A stretch of DNA of 64,000 nucleotides, from assembly GCA_964106645.2 (NCBI GenBank), contig OZ067038.1; one strand, written 5' to 3'. This DNA is from Podarcis pityusensis (taxonomy: Eukaryota). The notes beneath the pieces were generated by a model that was not told the origin of the DNA, made no database searches, and saw only the letters and a list, made by a program, of their open reading frames with translations. How positions within the stretch are numbered: the first letter of the stretch is position 1; the number at the start of each line of letters is the position of its first letter. Both the position numbers and the translations under genes were made by a program. Shown in pieces: positions 63,623 through 64,000 of the stretch.

Positions 63623-64000
63623 TAATTATGAAGCACAAGCAAAATATTAGAAGTATCATTGTGTAAAATGAGCCCAGGCTGTTAAACCTGGCACATCTGG
63701 TCTGTTTATGCCGTGGTTACTGTTGTTGTATGCCCAGACCTTAATCCACAGATGCCTTGAGATTTCTGTGGTAGCTCAGCTTCTGAGGCCGTGGGTGAAA
63801 ACCTGGTCTTTAACTTCCTCTTGCATGCTCTGTCTTCCTTACTTTTCTAGTCAAGCATGCCTCTGAATGACTAACCCTTTGATAACTTGGTGGTGGGTTT
63901 TTAAATGTAATTAATTTAGCTTTGAACAGTTCTGCCAATATTTCATCTGGCAGTGCTAACATGGCTAAGTGCATACCAACAGCAATGGACCAGTGAGCAG

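Noticed and set aside
1-64000. Most ORF-track entries of 60-170 aa
   Set aside because: Intronic chance ORFs or repeat-derived frames; many start at non-ATG codons and show no recognisable domain or splice support.

Overview
Vertebrate genomic DNA, almost certainly a squamate and probably a lacertid lizard, judged from Podarcis-type Sauria SINEs, BovB/RTE, L2, CR1, L1, hAT and Tc1/mariner MITEs. The whole window lies inside one + strand gene, tensin-1 (TNS1). Eight short exons (2472-13100) encode the end of the PTP-like domain and the C2 domain. After a 30.5-kb intron come a 1737-nt exon for the disordered middle region (43556-45292) and further exons at 58669-58868 and 59757-59832/59895. Splice phases chain without a break. 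The 5' exons and the SH2/PTB exons are outside the window. The most interesting signals are isoform features the ORF track does not explain. (1) A candidate internal promoter and first exon in the long intron (about 25450-26208) encodes MAPA-LSPIPE-E and splices in phase to the large exon; it would swap the PP1-binding PTP/C2 region for a PP2A-B56-type LxxIxE motif. (2) An 87-nt cassette exon has a ~190-nt AG-free zone, RBFOX/MBNL/QKI motifs and an Akt-consensus site. (3) An in-frame alternative 5' splice site adds a 21-aa PPTPAFP segment. (4) A possible frame-compensating pair consists of a cryptic exon and an upstream acceptor. All of these are sequence-based hypotheses without expression evidence. 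Comparisons to orthologues are from memory, not alignments.
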